Source: the human T2T-CHM13v2.0 reference genome, Homo sapiens | DNA: 64,000 nt | Assembly (NCBI RefSeq): GCF_009914755.1 | Contig: NC_060926.1 | Direction: 5' to 3' (one strand) | In this document: in pieces, positions 38,701 through 52,858 of the stretch | How positions within the stretch are numbered: the stretch's first letter is position 1 | Layout: every line of letters starts with the position of its first letter | The notes under the pieces: model-generated | Told to the model about the DNA's origin: nothing | Seen by the model: the letters and a program-made list of their open reading frames with translations, nothing else | Database searches by the model: none | Made by a program: the position numbers and the translations under genes

Positions 38701-39091
38701 TATTTTATACCTACTCCCTAGCACTTTGGTTAAAAATATCATATCTCCAATAAGAATTTTTTTTTGAAAATTCAAAAACCAGGATTTCTTTTTCTACCAA
38801 GCAACTTAATATGGTTGAAAGCATTGACAGTAGAATCAGTGGCCATTTTCCGTAAAGGTCATAAACAAAGAGAATGTAGAACGTCTAAGAGCAGTGTTGT
38901 TTACTTCAGACTTCTGCTTATCCATTTTGGTTCATTCCCAAGGACATACTGATTTGTAACCATGTTGTAGGTATTCTTTTCTAATCTTTAAAAAATGAAG
39001 TAGTAAAAATAATTTCAGACCATTAGGCACAAAAGATTTAGAATACCACTCAGAGAAGGCATGAAAGTAAAATATCAGAAAATCCATTTGG

Positions 39092-39424
<333 letters not shown>

Positions 39425-40164
39425 CCAAAGAAGATCCACCTAGGTCAATATAAGCTCCTAAATAGTTGACCATTATGAAGAGGAAACATGGGTTATAATG
39501 TTAAACATTTCAAGTCTTAGGGAAATCAAATAACTATATTGTTCATAACATTTGCTTTGACAAGTCAATACAACTTCATGATAAGTTCTTATATGTTCTT
39601 TTATGTAATAATCTATGAAATTGTCTGCCTCCTCCTTTATCGTCAGTGTACTTTGCGTTTACCATACACTACTCATTTTAAGTTTCTTCCTATTTGCCTA
39701 GTATCCTATAATATTTTTATCTCTGAATCTCAGTCATCATCATCTGACACTATATGCCTTCCTACCTTTAATTTTAACTTGAAAAAATTTATTTATTGTG
39801 TGTTTGTATGGCATTTAGCCTGTTTACATAATATCAAATAAGGTAATTTCAACCAAAACTAAACCAGTCTTATAGCATCTTGAGAACAACGTACTTAGAT
39901 AATCGGTTGAATTTTTTTTTCACATTTAAACAAGTATTTTTGGTTTCATGTAGACTCAGCCAATAAGTCATAATTCTGCAATTGGAAGGTATGTTTGTTT
40001 AATCTTTCATATTTCTGGGTGCCATTTATGTTCATTTTCTTAAGATCGTTTAATTGCTATTAAAGTTTTTACTTGTCTGTTCTTCAGAAAAAGGATACAT
40101 TGGCTAGTAGGATAATTTTCTGAGCTGTTTTAAAAGTCTTTGCCGAGATGCAAACCCAAGTATC

Positions 40165-40169
<5 letters not shown>

Positions 40170-40205
<36 letters not shown>

Positions 40206-40326
40206 TTGTAGAGATGGGGTCTTGCTATGTGATCCAGGCTGGTCTTGAACTCCTGGCCTCAACTGATCTTCCTGCTTCAGCCTCCCAAAGCATTGGGATT
40301 ACAGGCATGAGCCACTGTACCCAGTC
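40170..40326 (-). mobile_element. Alu left monomer (FLAM/AluJ) preceded by (TG)n
   Basis: (TG)n then TTTTGTAGAGATGGGGTCTTGC..GGGATTACAGGCATGAGCCACTG. Confidence 0.85.
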
Positions 40327-42573
40327 ACAATCTACAATTTAAAAAAAAAACATGTGGGTACTATCTATATTTTTAAAGAACCTCATGGCAATTCTTGACT
40401 TTTAAAAAACTTGAGGCACAAAAATAACTGTTCAAACTGAATTATACTTACTTTACATTTTTCCACTCAGGTCTGTCATTGTACTAATATTTTTTCTTGC
40501 ACCTCTCTTGTATAACTAGGAAATTGATTCTTATTTAGAAACATTAACTCTGTAGGCCCCAACAGGCTTTGGTACTCTGGAAGAACTCATGGTTTTCTAA
40601 ACAGAATTCATATTGCTCTCACACTTTCCATAAATATAGTAATTTATTCCATACACAAGGAAAGGATCATTTACCGAAGAGCAATATCTTTCTCTATCAA
40701 AATATTTGCATTTGATTACATAATGAAATACTATTATTTGCAAGATACTGTGATATGCCAGGCTATGGAGAGGTAAGGCTATGCCAGGCTATGGAGAGGT
40801 AAGGAAAAGTCAAGAAAATTCTAGTTTGGCACATAGGAGTAAAAGGAGAGACACAAAGTACTTTGTTGATTTAGCAAATTGCAAACAATCAGAAAAAAAA
40901 AACATTATGAATGCTACTTTTCTGGAATGTAACTTAGAGGGTTTGACTTTCTACATTTCTACTGATCTATTGTGTGCTGAGGTATATGAAGTGTTGAATA
41001 AGGGCCTGGTACTGTCCTTGGCATTAACAAACCCAAATAGGCCTAGGTAGAGGAAGGCAATTAGGTCTGGAAGGTGTTGAGGAGGGTTCTGGGAAGACAG
41101 ATTCCAGATGGATTTGCATGAGTACACGTTTGAAAGGAAAAAAGTGAAAGGTATGTTTGGGCACCAAAAATTAGTCCAAATGAGTAGGGGCCTAAAGAAT
41201 ACATGGTGAGATATTGCTATAGAATTTTAGAAAGGTAGATTAGGGCCACGAGCTGGGTGTGGGCACATGATGCAGGTAAGTCTGCTGCCGCTGCTGTTGA
41301 CTTTGTTATATCCCAGGAATTATGATCAACTCTCTGGAAAAAACATGTATTAGATTTCAAGTAAAAAAAAAATTCCATACTAACTTTTATTTTTCTCTCC
41401 TAGAGAAATATACCTACCTGTCACTAAAATACATGTCAAGTTACATAATCTGTTAAGGTGAGAGAGCATCCTAAGATATCACTATAATAGTGAAATGTAT
41501 TCATAAATATTTTACTGATTTTTATTGATTGATTGAGAAGTAGAAACCACTGGTATATTAAAAAAAGTCTGATCGATTACTGTACAATAATTACTCAAAT
41601 TTATGTATTTCTGTATCACTGAAGTGTAATATGATGAAGAGAAAATGAAATTGCTATGGGAAGCAGGAGGACATACTTAGACCTAGAGGACAGGGAAGAC
41701 CTCTTTTAGGAAGCAACATTCAATAGAGATCTGAAGCATGAGCAGGAATTAGTTATAAAAAGTGGGGTGTGTGAGAATTGAGGGAGGGATTACACAGCAT
41801 TCTGTACAATGCCTCAGAGGGGAAAGAGAAAAAGATTAAACAGCTAATAGTGGGAACCTCAAACAGGGGAGATGGTTGTTCAAGTTGAAGCTGAAGATGT
41901 AGGATGGGAATGTTTAAACTTCACCTGGAAGTGTGATGCCACATCACTGAAAATGCACCGAGTTAGAAAACAACACTTAACTTATTGACTCATAAAACTC
42001 AGAATCTAGGTACCTAAAGTTTCAAATAAAACCAAAATACCAAGAATGCATTATTAGATTAGATTAAGCAGATTAGAAATCAAAAAACTGTCTTTTCCTC
42101 ATTTTCAGTACATTTAAGATGGAATTTTCTATAGATTGGAAGTAATTGAAAAGATTAGCTGTTCTTAATAAATGAAGCACACCTCACAGAAGAGTTTGGA
42201 AAAACATATCACCAGAGTTCCACATATCTAAGTGTATCTAATTCAGGACAAAGAGATCAAGGCCTGAATATTTAGATTTTTTTTTTAAGTTTTCTAGTTA
42301 TTGTGATATGCAACTTTATTGACAACCATCCATCACTGTGAGAGCCTTTAACTCTCTGGACTGCAAAAAATTCAAGACCCAAGGTAACCTCAGTTATGGC
42401 ATATAAGGTTCAGATGCATTTAATCCAAGTTCCTTCACACTTATATCTATAGCTGTAACAGCCTATAAAAATTGATGTTTACAAACATAAGCCCTATCAC
42501 TATGAGATCATAAGAAACTCACCAAATATTATAGATTTTGTATTATACTTTCTTAGACAGAAAAAGAAATGTG

Positions 42574-42926
<353 letters not shown>

Positions 42927-43602
42927 TTAGACTAACTGTAATTAACAAGACAACTTAGATAATCAAAAGCCTTCTGTTCTGTCTTTGAGTTACCTGATGA
43001 TTTTCTCTATTAGAATGCCCTTACATTGAAGGATTTGGCATTATTTTATCATAGATTGCTTTTCTTCATCCTCTATTTTACATTCCTCCCCAATAGCTCA
43101 TATCTACCTCTTATATTAGGCCAGCTAATTGGAAGCTTAATTGCTTACATAATTAATACAGGGCAAAAATAAGATACAGAAAACCTTTGAGTATGTGGAA
43201 ATATGTATGTGCACACATTGCACACACACAAATATATATATATGTTTTAAGAAAGTGTAATTCTATTTTTCAATTTAATGATTTGTCATGAGCAACCTCT
43301 AGGAAAAGACACATATATTCTCCTTTTAATAGTTGCGTAAAATCCTATTGTGAGGATCTAGATACCTTTAACAAGACTGTTCTTTCTCTCTGCATCTAGT
43401 CTAACAACAAATAGCCATTTTATTTTTCTAGAAAATGTTTCTACCAGAAATAACTATTTTAATTGACAAAAAACCAATTGTACACCATTAATTATATAAC
43501 TATGTTCATGTTAATGGAAGTGTTTATTTCAGATTTAACAAATATAAGTAATGGTGCAATAACCAACCCCCTGTATGTGGGTACTTACATCTTAGTGAGT
43601 TA

Positions 43603-43710
43603 TTATTTATTTGTTTAAATTTATGGAGTACACATGCAATTTTGATACATGCATAATGGTCAAGTCTGGGCTTTTAGGGTATCCATCACCCGAATACCTT
43701 ACATTGTAAG
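43603..43710 (-). mobile_element. Short L1PB/L1MA 3'-end insertion
   Basis: TTTATGGAGTACA..GGGCTTTTAGGGTATCCATCACCCGAATA..ACATTGTA; flanks ttacatcttagtg / ttatatcttagtg resemble a TSD. Confidence 0.7.
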
Positions 43711-44149
43711 CATTATATCTTAGTGTTTTAAACATAGGATAGGTTAAATAAAGTAGGAGTACATGGTGAAGAATATGTGTATTTTTAGAAGTACCAGTTG
43801 CTACTACCTTCGTTTCCCTCAGGTACTTACTACCATCAGCAATGTACGAAAGTGCTTGTAGGCACACCAGTAGTGAACTAAATTTTTGTTTTGAAATGTA
43901 TTTGAACTGATGAGAAAAAAAAATAGTACCTAGTTGGGTTTATTTTCATTTCCTTGAGTGCTAGGAAGCCTGAGCAAATATATAAAGTATTTATTGATGA
44001 CTCATTTTCACCCTTTATTGTCTTGACTGTTCATACCTTTTGCTAAGTTTCTACTAGGAAGTTTCTTTTAAATATGTAGAATAATTTTTGTATAAGTAAA
44101 CTATTTACCCTTTAGTATTTTTACTTAAAAATATTTTTTTCAAGCCTAT

Positions 44150-47100
44150 ACTTTTAGATTCTGGATATTAGTCCTTTGTTGAATGCATTTGCAAAAATGT
44201 TCTCCCATTCTGTATGTTGTCTGTTTATTCTGTTGATTGTTTCTCTTGCTGTGCAGAAGCTCTTTAGTTTAACTAAGTCCCCTTTGTCTATTTTTGGTCT
44301 TGTTGCATTTGCTTTTGTGGTCTTAGTCACAAATTCTTTGCCCAGGCTAATATTCAGAACAGTTTTTTCTAGGTTTTCTTCTAGGATTTTTATAACTACA
44401 GGTCTTACATTTAAATCTTTAATTCATCTTGAGTTAATTTTTGCACATGGTGAGAGGGAGAGGTCCAGTTTCATTCTTCTGCATGTGGGTTAGCCAATTT
44501 TCCTAACACCATTTATTGATTAGGGTGTCCTTTCCTCATTGTTTATTTTTGTTGCCTTTTTCAGAAATCAGTTAGTTGTAAATGTGTGGCATTATTTCTG
44601 GATTCTCAATTCTGTTCCATTGATCTATGTGTCTATTTTTGTACCAGTACCAGGCTATTTTGGTTACTATAGCTTTGTAGTATAATTTGAGTTTGGGTAA
44701 TATGGTATCTCCAGCTCTGTTCTTTTTGCTGAAAATTACTTTGCCTATTTGGGTTTTTTTTTTTTTTTGATTCTACATTAATTTTAGAATTTATTTTTCT
44801 AATTCTGTGAAAAATGATCATAGGAATTTGATAAGAATTGTATTGAATCTTTAGATTGCTTCAGCAGTATAGTCGTTTTAATGATATTGATTCTTCCTTT
44901 CCATGAACACGGAATGTACTTCCATTCGTTTGTGTCATCTGCAACTTATATAATTGGTGTTTTGTAATTTTCCTTGTAAAGGTCTTTCACCTCCTTGGTT
45001 AAATATATTCCTAGCTATTTTATTTGTGTGTGTGGCAATTATAAACGAGACTGAGTTCTTAATTTGGCTCTCCGCTTGAGCATTGTTGGTATACAGAAAT
45101 GCAAGTGATTTTTGTGCATTAATATGTATCATGAAGTTCTACTGAAGTCATTTATCAGGTCTAAGAGTCTTTTGGAGGAATCTTTGGGTTTACTAAGTAT
45201 ATGGCCATGTCATCAGCAAACAGAGGTAATTTGACTTCTTCTTTTCCTATTTGGATGCCTTGTATTTCTTTATTTTGCTGAACTGACCTGGCTAGGGCTT
45301 TCAGTGCTATGCTGAATAGGAGTGGTGAGAGTGCACATCCTCGTCTTATTCCAGTTCTTAGGAAGAATTCTTTCAACTTTTCCCCGTTAAGTGTGATGTC
45401 GGCTGTGGGTTCGACATATAGAGCTCTTATTATTTTTAGGTATGTTTCTTTGATGCCTAGTTTGTTGAAGGTTTTTATCATGATGGGATGTTGGGTTTTA
45501 TCAAAAGATTTTTCTGCATCTATCGAGGTAATCATATGGTTTTTGTTTTTAATTATGTTTATGTGGCAAATCACATTTATTTCCATATATTAAACGAAGA
45601 ATGCAAGAATGCATCCCTGCAATGAAGTCCTTCAATTGATTGGAATGGATTATATTTTTGACGTGCTGCTGGATCCTGTTTGCTAGTATTTTGCTGAAGA
45701 TTTTGGCATCTATGTTCATCAGGGGTATTGGCCTGTAGTTTCCTATTGTGTTCTTGCCAGATTTTTATATCAGGATGATACTGGTCTTATGGAATTAATT
45801 AAAGAGGAATCCCTTATCTTTAATTTTTTTAAATATTTTCAGTAATATTAGTACCAGATCATCTTTATACATCTAGTAGAATTCGGCTACGAATCCATCT
45901 GATCATGGGCTTTTTTGCTGTTGTTCTTGATAGATTTTTTTTTATTACTGATTCAATTTCATAACTCATCATTGGTCTGTTCAGGATTTCAATTTCTTCC
46001 TGGCTCAATCTTGGGAGACTGTATGCTTCCAGGAATTATCCATTTCCTCTAGATTTTCTAGTCTGTGTGCATAGAGATGTTCATGGTAGTCTCCTGAGGA
46101 TCTTTTTTATTTCTGCGTTATCAAAAATACCACTGATTGCACTTGTTTGAATCTTATTTTTTTGATTTATTGGTTAATCTAGCTCACAGTCTATCAATTT
46201 CCGTTATCCATTCAAAGAACCAACTTTTTATTTCACCGATCCTTTGTATGATTTTTTAAAATCTCAATTTCATTTATTTATACTTTAATCTTTGTTTCTC
46301 TTTTTTTCTGTTGGCTTTGGGTTTGTTCTTATTTTTCTAGTTCCTTTAGGTGTGATGTTATATTATTAATTTTACATCTTTCTATGCTTTCCATGTAATC
46401 ATTTAGCACTATAAACTTTCCTCTTAACACACTTTTGCTGTATTCCAGAAGTTTGGGTATATTGTGTCTCTATTTTCACTTGTTTTAATTTTTAAATTTC
46501 TGCTTTAATTTATTATTTACCCAAAAGTCATTTAGAAGAAAGTTTTTTAGTTTCCACGGGACTTCTGTGTTTTTGAGGGCTCCTCTTGTTATTGATATCT
46601 AATTTTATTTAACTGCGGTCTGAGGAGATGCTTGATATGATTTCATTTCTTTTGAATTTATTGATATTTTCTTCAGGGCCAAGCTTATGGCAAATTTTGG
46701 AGAATTTTTCATGAACAGATAAGAAAAAGATCAAGAGTCCAATTTGAGTCCTGAGTTTCTTTGTTGGTTTTCTGCCTTGATCTGTCTAGTGCTGTGAGTG
46801 GGCTGTCGAAGTCCCCCACTGCTATTGTATAGCTGTCTACCTCTTCTTAGGTCTAGTACTATTTGTTTTATAAATATGTGTGCTCTGGTGATCAGTGCCT
46901 ATGTATTTAGGAAAGTTAAATCTTCTTGTTTATTTCCTTTATCATTATATAATGCCCTTCTTTGCCTTTTTCTACTGTTTTTGGTTTAAAGTCTGTTTTA
47001 TCTAATAGTCTTGGTTGACTTTGTTTTGTGTTAAGAAGACTAAAATAGGCCCCCAATCTCTTCTGGCCTGTAAGGTTTCTGCTGAGAAGTGTGTTGTTAG

Positions 47101-47161
47101 TCTTATGGGATTACCTTTATATGAGAGGTAATTTGGTTCTTTTCTCTAGCTGCCTTTAAGA

Positions 47162-47207
<46 letters not shown>

Positions 47208-49590
47208 GACCTTAGATATTGTGATGACTATATAACTTGGTGAAGGTTGTTTTGTATATCATTTAGCGTGTGTTTTCTGAATCTCTTGTATCTAGATATT
47301 GACTTCTCTAGCAAGATTAGGCAAACTTTCCTGAATTATTTCCTCAAATATGTTTTCTAAGCAGCTTACTTTTTATTCTTCTCTCTTAAGAATGCCAATA
47401 AGTCATAGGTTTTGTCACTGTACATAATTGCATATTTCTTAAAGATTTTGTTCAATTTTAGAATTTAAAAAAAATTTTTGTCTGTGTTAATTCAAAAGAA
47501 TGCTATTCAAGCTCTGAAATTCTTCTCGGTCTAGTCTATTGTTAATGCTTTCAACTGTTTATTGAAATATTTTAGTGAATTTTTCAATTTGAGAAGTTAT
47601 ATATTATATATGTCATATATACAGTCATATACATTATATACATAAGTATATTTATAATACAGTTATATATGTTATACAGTTATATATATAAGTATATATT
47701 ATATATGTATGTTTAAAATATAGCTATCTCATCTTTCATATTCTGAATTGTTTTTCTGGTTTCTTTGTGTTGATTTTCAACTCTTTCTTGGATCTCATTG
47801 AATTTCCTTACAATCCATATTTTGAATTCTTTATCTGTCTTTTCAGAGTTTGCTTTAGGTTAGTAACCATTGCTAGAGAGTTATGTTCATATAGAGGTGT
47901 TGAGATACTGTCTTTTTGTACTGCCAGAGTTCTTGCACTGATTCTTATCTGAGGGAGGTATTACTTCTTATTTTTAATTTTATTATCATTTGGATGGGAT
48001 TCTTTTATTTATTGTTTTCTTCAGGGCGTGGCTGTGTTGAATGCTATGTATAATCCTTTAATTTTGTTTATTTGTTTCTGAGTGCTTTCAGGGAGCCCAA
48101 GGCTCTGTATGGGTTCCTTATGGATAGTTTCTGTGTGGTGGCTTTCTCAGATGCTTCTTGTTGTAGTGGTGTATTGGACATTTAAGCTGACACTCTGTCT
48201 CTTGAGGGGCTGAGCGTGGGGATGTTTTAGCAAGCTTGTCTCATGCACTAACACTATGCCATTTTGGCAGCAGGTTTTTTTTTCATTTGGCATTGCAATT
48301 CAGGCTTCAGTCTCCAGTAATTGGCACTCTAGAGTAAGAGCCAGCTCTCCTTTGTGTAGACTGATGATCATTGGTCACACCCTTCCTGACAGTGGGAGAA
48401 GGGTTGCAAGGGGGGTTCATGTTGGGGTGCATTGAAGTTTCAGGGGAAAGAGTTAGTGGGTGTGCACCAGTTCCTCATCCTGAGCAGGCAGGAACCTAAT
48501 TGCATCCCTGGTGCAGGGCCCATGACCTTTAGTTCAAATAGACTTTATCCTTCGGCTCCTGGCCACAGTGTAGCTTCAGCCCATGGACACACGTTTCTCC
48601 TTGGCTACCACCAACATGGGCTCAGGTTGGAGCCTCTTTCCCCAGTGCAGGGCGGACAACTCTGTGGTTTGCCCGCCATCCTTTGCTGGGAGGCTGCCAC
48701 TCTGTGTAGGGAGTGGGAGTTGGACTCCACCCTTTGTGCAAGTCCAAGCAGTGCAGGCTCACTTTCGATGGAGGTGGAACTACCACAAAAAGCATGAAAA
48801 GTACTTTCTCCACGTATTGGCCCCCAGCAGGGAAAACCTCTACTGTGTTCACAACAGTGCAATGGTTGGGGGAGATGACCCCTCTGTGTCCATTCTTGGC
48901 TGGCGGTGCCACCCTCTTCAGTGATTGGCAGTGCACTTGTCTCTCCTTTGTCCCCAGGGAAGGTTTGTCAGGCTGTGTTTCCAGCTCTCTTAGGGGCGGC
49001 CCACACCAAGGGTTAGGTTTGGGAGTTTGCAGTTTCCTGGGGACCTGCCGATCCCCTGTGATTGCCAAAGTTAGAACAGGTTGTGGTGTATGTTTGAGTG
49101 TGTGAAGGGGGGTCTCATGATGCCACGACTCAAGGGCAAAGCAGAGTAGAGGTCCGCCACAGGTGGCACGCAAACAATATGGTGTTTGCTGTTTTAGTGC
49201 AGGCCTGAGGAGTGTGGACATAACTATGAGTACTGGCCAGCTGTTTCTCTGTCACTGGGAACTCCCAAATTGCGAATGACAGTGTTGCCCAGGGTCATTA
49301 GGGCAGAGGGGCTCCCCAACAGTTTGGCAGTTAGCAGACAGTCAAAGGGGCAAGGGAAGCAGAGAAACACCCCACCTTCCCTTCCTTCTGGGCTCCACAT
49401 TCCTTGGAGGTCAATCACTGTCATACTCTTGCTTTCTTTTTCTGCACTTCAGCTTCTTCCCATAGGCGCTCTGACAGGTCCTGGCTCTCTTTCCTCAGTT
49501 TTCCATTTGGAACATGTGCATTCCCCAGTAACTTTTATCTTCTTTCTGAGGAGAATTTTCACCCAATGTTCCTACTAATCCATCTTAAAA
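44150..49590 (-). mobile_element. Large L1 (L1PB/L1MA-age) relic: 5' region, ORF1 and ORF2 remnants, internal deletions, no 3' end
   Basis: Antisense ORF2 homology at about 44150-46990; ORF1-like sequence at about 47030-47950; GC-richer 5' region at about 48000-49590 ending CCATCTT; contains (TG)n at 47164-47206 and a TA-rich insert at about 47598-47712. Confidence 0.9.
45161..45586 (-). pseudogene. Decayed L1 ORF2 reverse-transcriptase fragment
   Basis: Translation [51 protein letters not shown] matches L1 RT motifs; bounded by stops and frameshifts. Confidence 0.9.
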
Positions 49591-50156
49591 AATAAAGGCT
49601 TAGTTAAATATTTCTGGTTTTATTAGATACAATCAGAATGTGGGATATAATATAGTTTTTTATTTTATATTAAGCTTTTCTATGTGAAGGTGTGCACACA
49701 TATGCACACACACATATACATACACATACCATTTTGTAGCTAAAAGAGGTAAAATATGTTATTCGTTGCCAGTATAAATAGCTTTACATTGAAGATATTC
49801 TATTTTCCAATTCTGAATATTTGGTATATTAAGATTAATCTTAAAACCATCCTGCCACAGACATTTAGAAATAATGGATAAAGTATGCTTTGTCCAGTTA
49901 TAATCATTTCAGTACCCTGCTGAGCTTGCAAGTAAGAAATCCCCAATCACCCTAACTAGAAACAATGTGAACCGAATAGTATAGTAGTGGATACATAAAT
50001 TCACTCCGGAACTGATCTGGGTGTTAGAGGAGGAATCAGTCCTTGTAAGTAAGGAATTGAGAGAAAAACAATGTCCTTGGGACCCTATTAGGTCTGAGCT
50101 CACAGTAAATAGGTAGACTAAAAACAAATCTGCATCATTGGAAAAATTCTGGACTA

Positions 50157-50847
50157 TAGTATACTCTCCTTAACCACAGGGGATTTCAACACCCCCAGTG
50201 GATGCCTAAAACTGTAGGTGGTACTGAACTCTGTACATACTATGTTTTTCCTAAACATGTATGATAAAGTTTAATGTGTAAATTAGGCACTGCAAGAGAT
50301 TAACAAAAGTAACCAATAATAAAATAGAATTATAACAATATACTGTAATGAAAGTTATGTGAATGAGTTCTCTCACCCTCTCTTAAAATATCTATTGTAC
50401 CATAATCGCCTTTCTTCTTATGATGATGTGAGATGATAAAATGCCTGTGGGATGAGATGAAGTCAGGTGAAATGCATAGGCACTGTGACACAGAGTTAGG
50501 TGACTACTGACCTTCTGATAATATGTTGGAAAGAGGGTCATCTGCTCTGGGTTATTCTGGATCATCTAGCAATGACAACATCAATGGTTGGATGTCAAGA
50601 AGAGACAACGTTGATGCGTAACAAGTGGGTAGTGTCTACAGCATGAATATGTTGGACAAAGGGATGATTCATGTCCTCGGTAGGACAGAGCAGAACGGCA
50701 TGAGAGTTCATGATGTTACTCAGAATAGCACACATTTTAGAACTTATGAATTGTTTGTTTCTGGAATTTTTCATTTAATAATTTTAGACTGGTTAACTGC
50801 AGGTGTCTAAAACAGAAAGCAAAGCTGTGGATAAGCAGGTACTACTC
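50157..50847 (+). mobile_element. MER44-family TcMar-Tigger DNA transposon
   Basis: CCCCCAGTGGATGCCT..ATGATAAAGTTTAAT..AATTAGGCAC..GGACAAAGGGATGATTCA..TTATGAATTGTTT.TTTCTGGAATTTT..GTGGATAAG. Confidence 0.82.
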
Positions 50848-51774
50848 TTTTCATTTCTTCCAGGTCTCCAAGGAGAAAAATGAAATTCTCCCACGCAATT
50901 TAATAAATCAGGTTCTGAGTCCTGCACTAACATGGAGAGTGCATTACTCTGGAGGAATAGTCAAGTTCTTCCCTTTCCAAGATTCTACCTTTAAAAGTCA
51001 GGTCTAGGGTGGTAAAACTCCAAGGGCTCTGGCAGAAGCAAATGCCATGCTATTTTGGATGATCACATTTCTCACCCAAGTCACAAAGAATTAAATAGAT
51101 ATAAGAGGCCACTCAAAAGTTGAATGTGTACTTTAAAAATTACAAACCCGTTCACCGAGAAGCAATCTACCTGGAACAAGAGAAAACAGACGCACGTAGA
51201 AGAATTAGAAACCCCCAAACATGAACTGATCCTTAACAAATGAAACAGCACATTAAATGAGTATGTTAAATTATTTAAATACATTAAATAAGACATCAAA
51301 CCAGGTACTGTGAAACACTAGGCCTCTCACATATCTTGTGATATGATTTACTCTGAAAAATAGCATATATGTGTTATCAATGAGTAAGTCAAAGAGAAAA
51401 TAGAAAATTGTGATGTAAACAGGATGATAGATCTGAGGAAATTACAGAAATGAAAAGTTCTAAATATTTAATTAAAAAGGGTTTTAAGTGGTTATAATAG
51501 AAGGAGCCAAAAATAAAAGAGGCAATATTTGAAAACATAGTGACTTTGATTTTTTTTCAAAAGTTGATAAAGACAGTAATCTTCAGAATCAAAAAACACA
51601 GTGAGAGTCAAGAAGTTAAATTTAAACAAATCCACACATGGATACATTATAATAAAACTGCATAATACAATTAAAAAAACACACAAAAGACTCATAGCAA
51701 CTAAAGAGAAGGGAATGTTTACTTATACAAGAACAAATTGAATGTCATTTAATTTCTCAAAAGAAACAATAGAA

Positions 51775-51935
51775 GCCTGGAAAGAAATAGAAAAAGGAAA
51801 GAAAAGGAAGGAAGGAAAGAAGGAATGAAAGAAGGACGGAAGTGATGAAGAGATGTAAAGGAAGGCGAGGGAAGAGGAGGGAGAGGAGGGCTTGTAGGGG
51901 GAGGGAAGAGGAAAAGAAAAAGAAGAGAATAAAAT
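51775..51935. repeat. Polypurine (GA-rich) low-complexity tract
   Basis: About 160 bp consisting almost entirely of A and G. Confidence 0.85.
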
Positions 51936-52119
51936 AAAATGAATATCTTGAAGAAAAGTATCTGTTACCCTGTAGTTCTATAGCTATATAATATTGCAAA
52001 CTCCAAAACAATTTTTAGACACAGGCCAGTTTCCTACTCCCAAAACTTTATTACAATCCTAAATGTGCATGGTAAGCATATTATTATCAATGCTTCAACC
52101 TCTCTCTGTTATAAAATTA

Positions 52120-52490
52120 TATTGCAGTTTCCTCCACTACAGGTGAGATACCTTTCCCTGCCCAGGAACTTTGAGGTTACCCATGTGACTCGCTTTGGCC
52201 AATGACAAGTGACATAATGCAAGCAGAGGTTTTAAATGTTCTTGTGTGGTTTGGCTTGCCTCTCGTGCTCCTGCTAACACCATGAAGCATATAAGCTCCA
52301 GGTTTTCTGCTCCTTTAACCTGGGCCCAGTAATGATACATATGGAACACACTTGACCAGAAACACAGAGTAAAACCCATCTCATTCACACTCTGAAGCAA
52401 AGATGCCCTGAATGACCCAGGTTCAGGAATTAGAAAAGTAAATATTGTTGTAGGACATTGAAGTTATTGGAGAAATTGCTGATTAACACA
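52120..52490 (+). mobile_element. MLT1-family MaLR LTR relic
   Basis: CCATGTGACTCGCTTTGGCCAATG..AGCAGAGGTTTTAAATG..CCTGGGCCC..GCTGATTAACACA. Confidence 0.7.
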
Positions 52491-52689
52491 GTGTGTTTCA
52501 GGAAGATGGAAAGGGACCTTGAACACAACAAAAGGAGTGGAATGAAGAAATGATGGTGGGCAAATATTTGGTGAATATTTGAGAAAATTCAAACAAACAT
52601 GAACTTCATAAGACAACAAAATAATTTGTTATAATTTGTTATGATTTGACAACAATATTATTTGTGTCATATGAGAAGGGGATAGAAAT

Positions 52690-52858
52690 GCAATTCTATG
52701 TAGGCCAAGCCACAAAGGCTGGTTTTAAATTAATAGTAACAAAATATTGGCTATTACCAAGTTTACCTGCAAACCAGCAAGAATACAATGTAATATTATG
52801 CACATGTGAGAATATTCCTGGACAGCGGTGCACATGGGATTAACTTCCTGGTACATCC
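52690..52858 (-). mobile_element. MER53 MITE (partial)
   Basis: CAATTCTATG..CCACAAAGGCTGGTTTTAAATTAA.AGTAACAAAATATTGGCTATTACCAAG..TTCCTGGTACATCC matches recalled MER53. Confidence 0.75.

Noticed and set aside
41273-41281. Perfect plus-strand splice donor CAG|GTAAGT
   Set aside because: No convincing acceptor upstream at exon distance; isolated matches are expected by chance.
45161-45586. Reverse-transcriptase-like ORF as a novel RT system
   Set aside because: It is an ordinary decayed fragment of L1 ORF2 within a broken L1.
48432-49578. Cluster of longer ORFs (up to 199 aa) on both strands
   Set aside because: They overlap in several frames within the GC-richer L1 5' region where stop codons are rarer; no recognisable domain.
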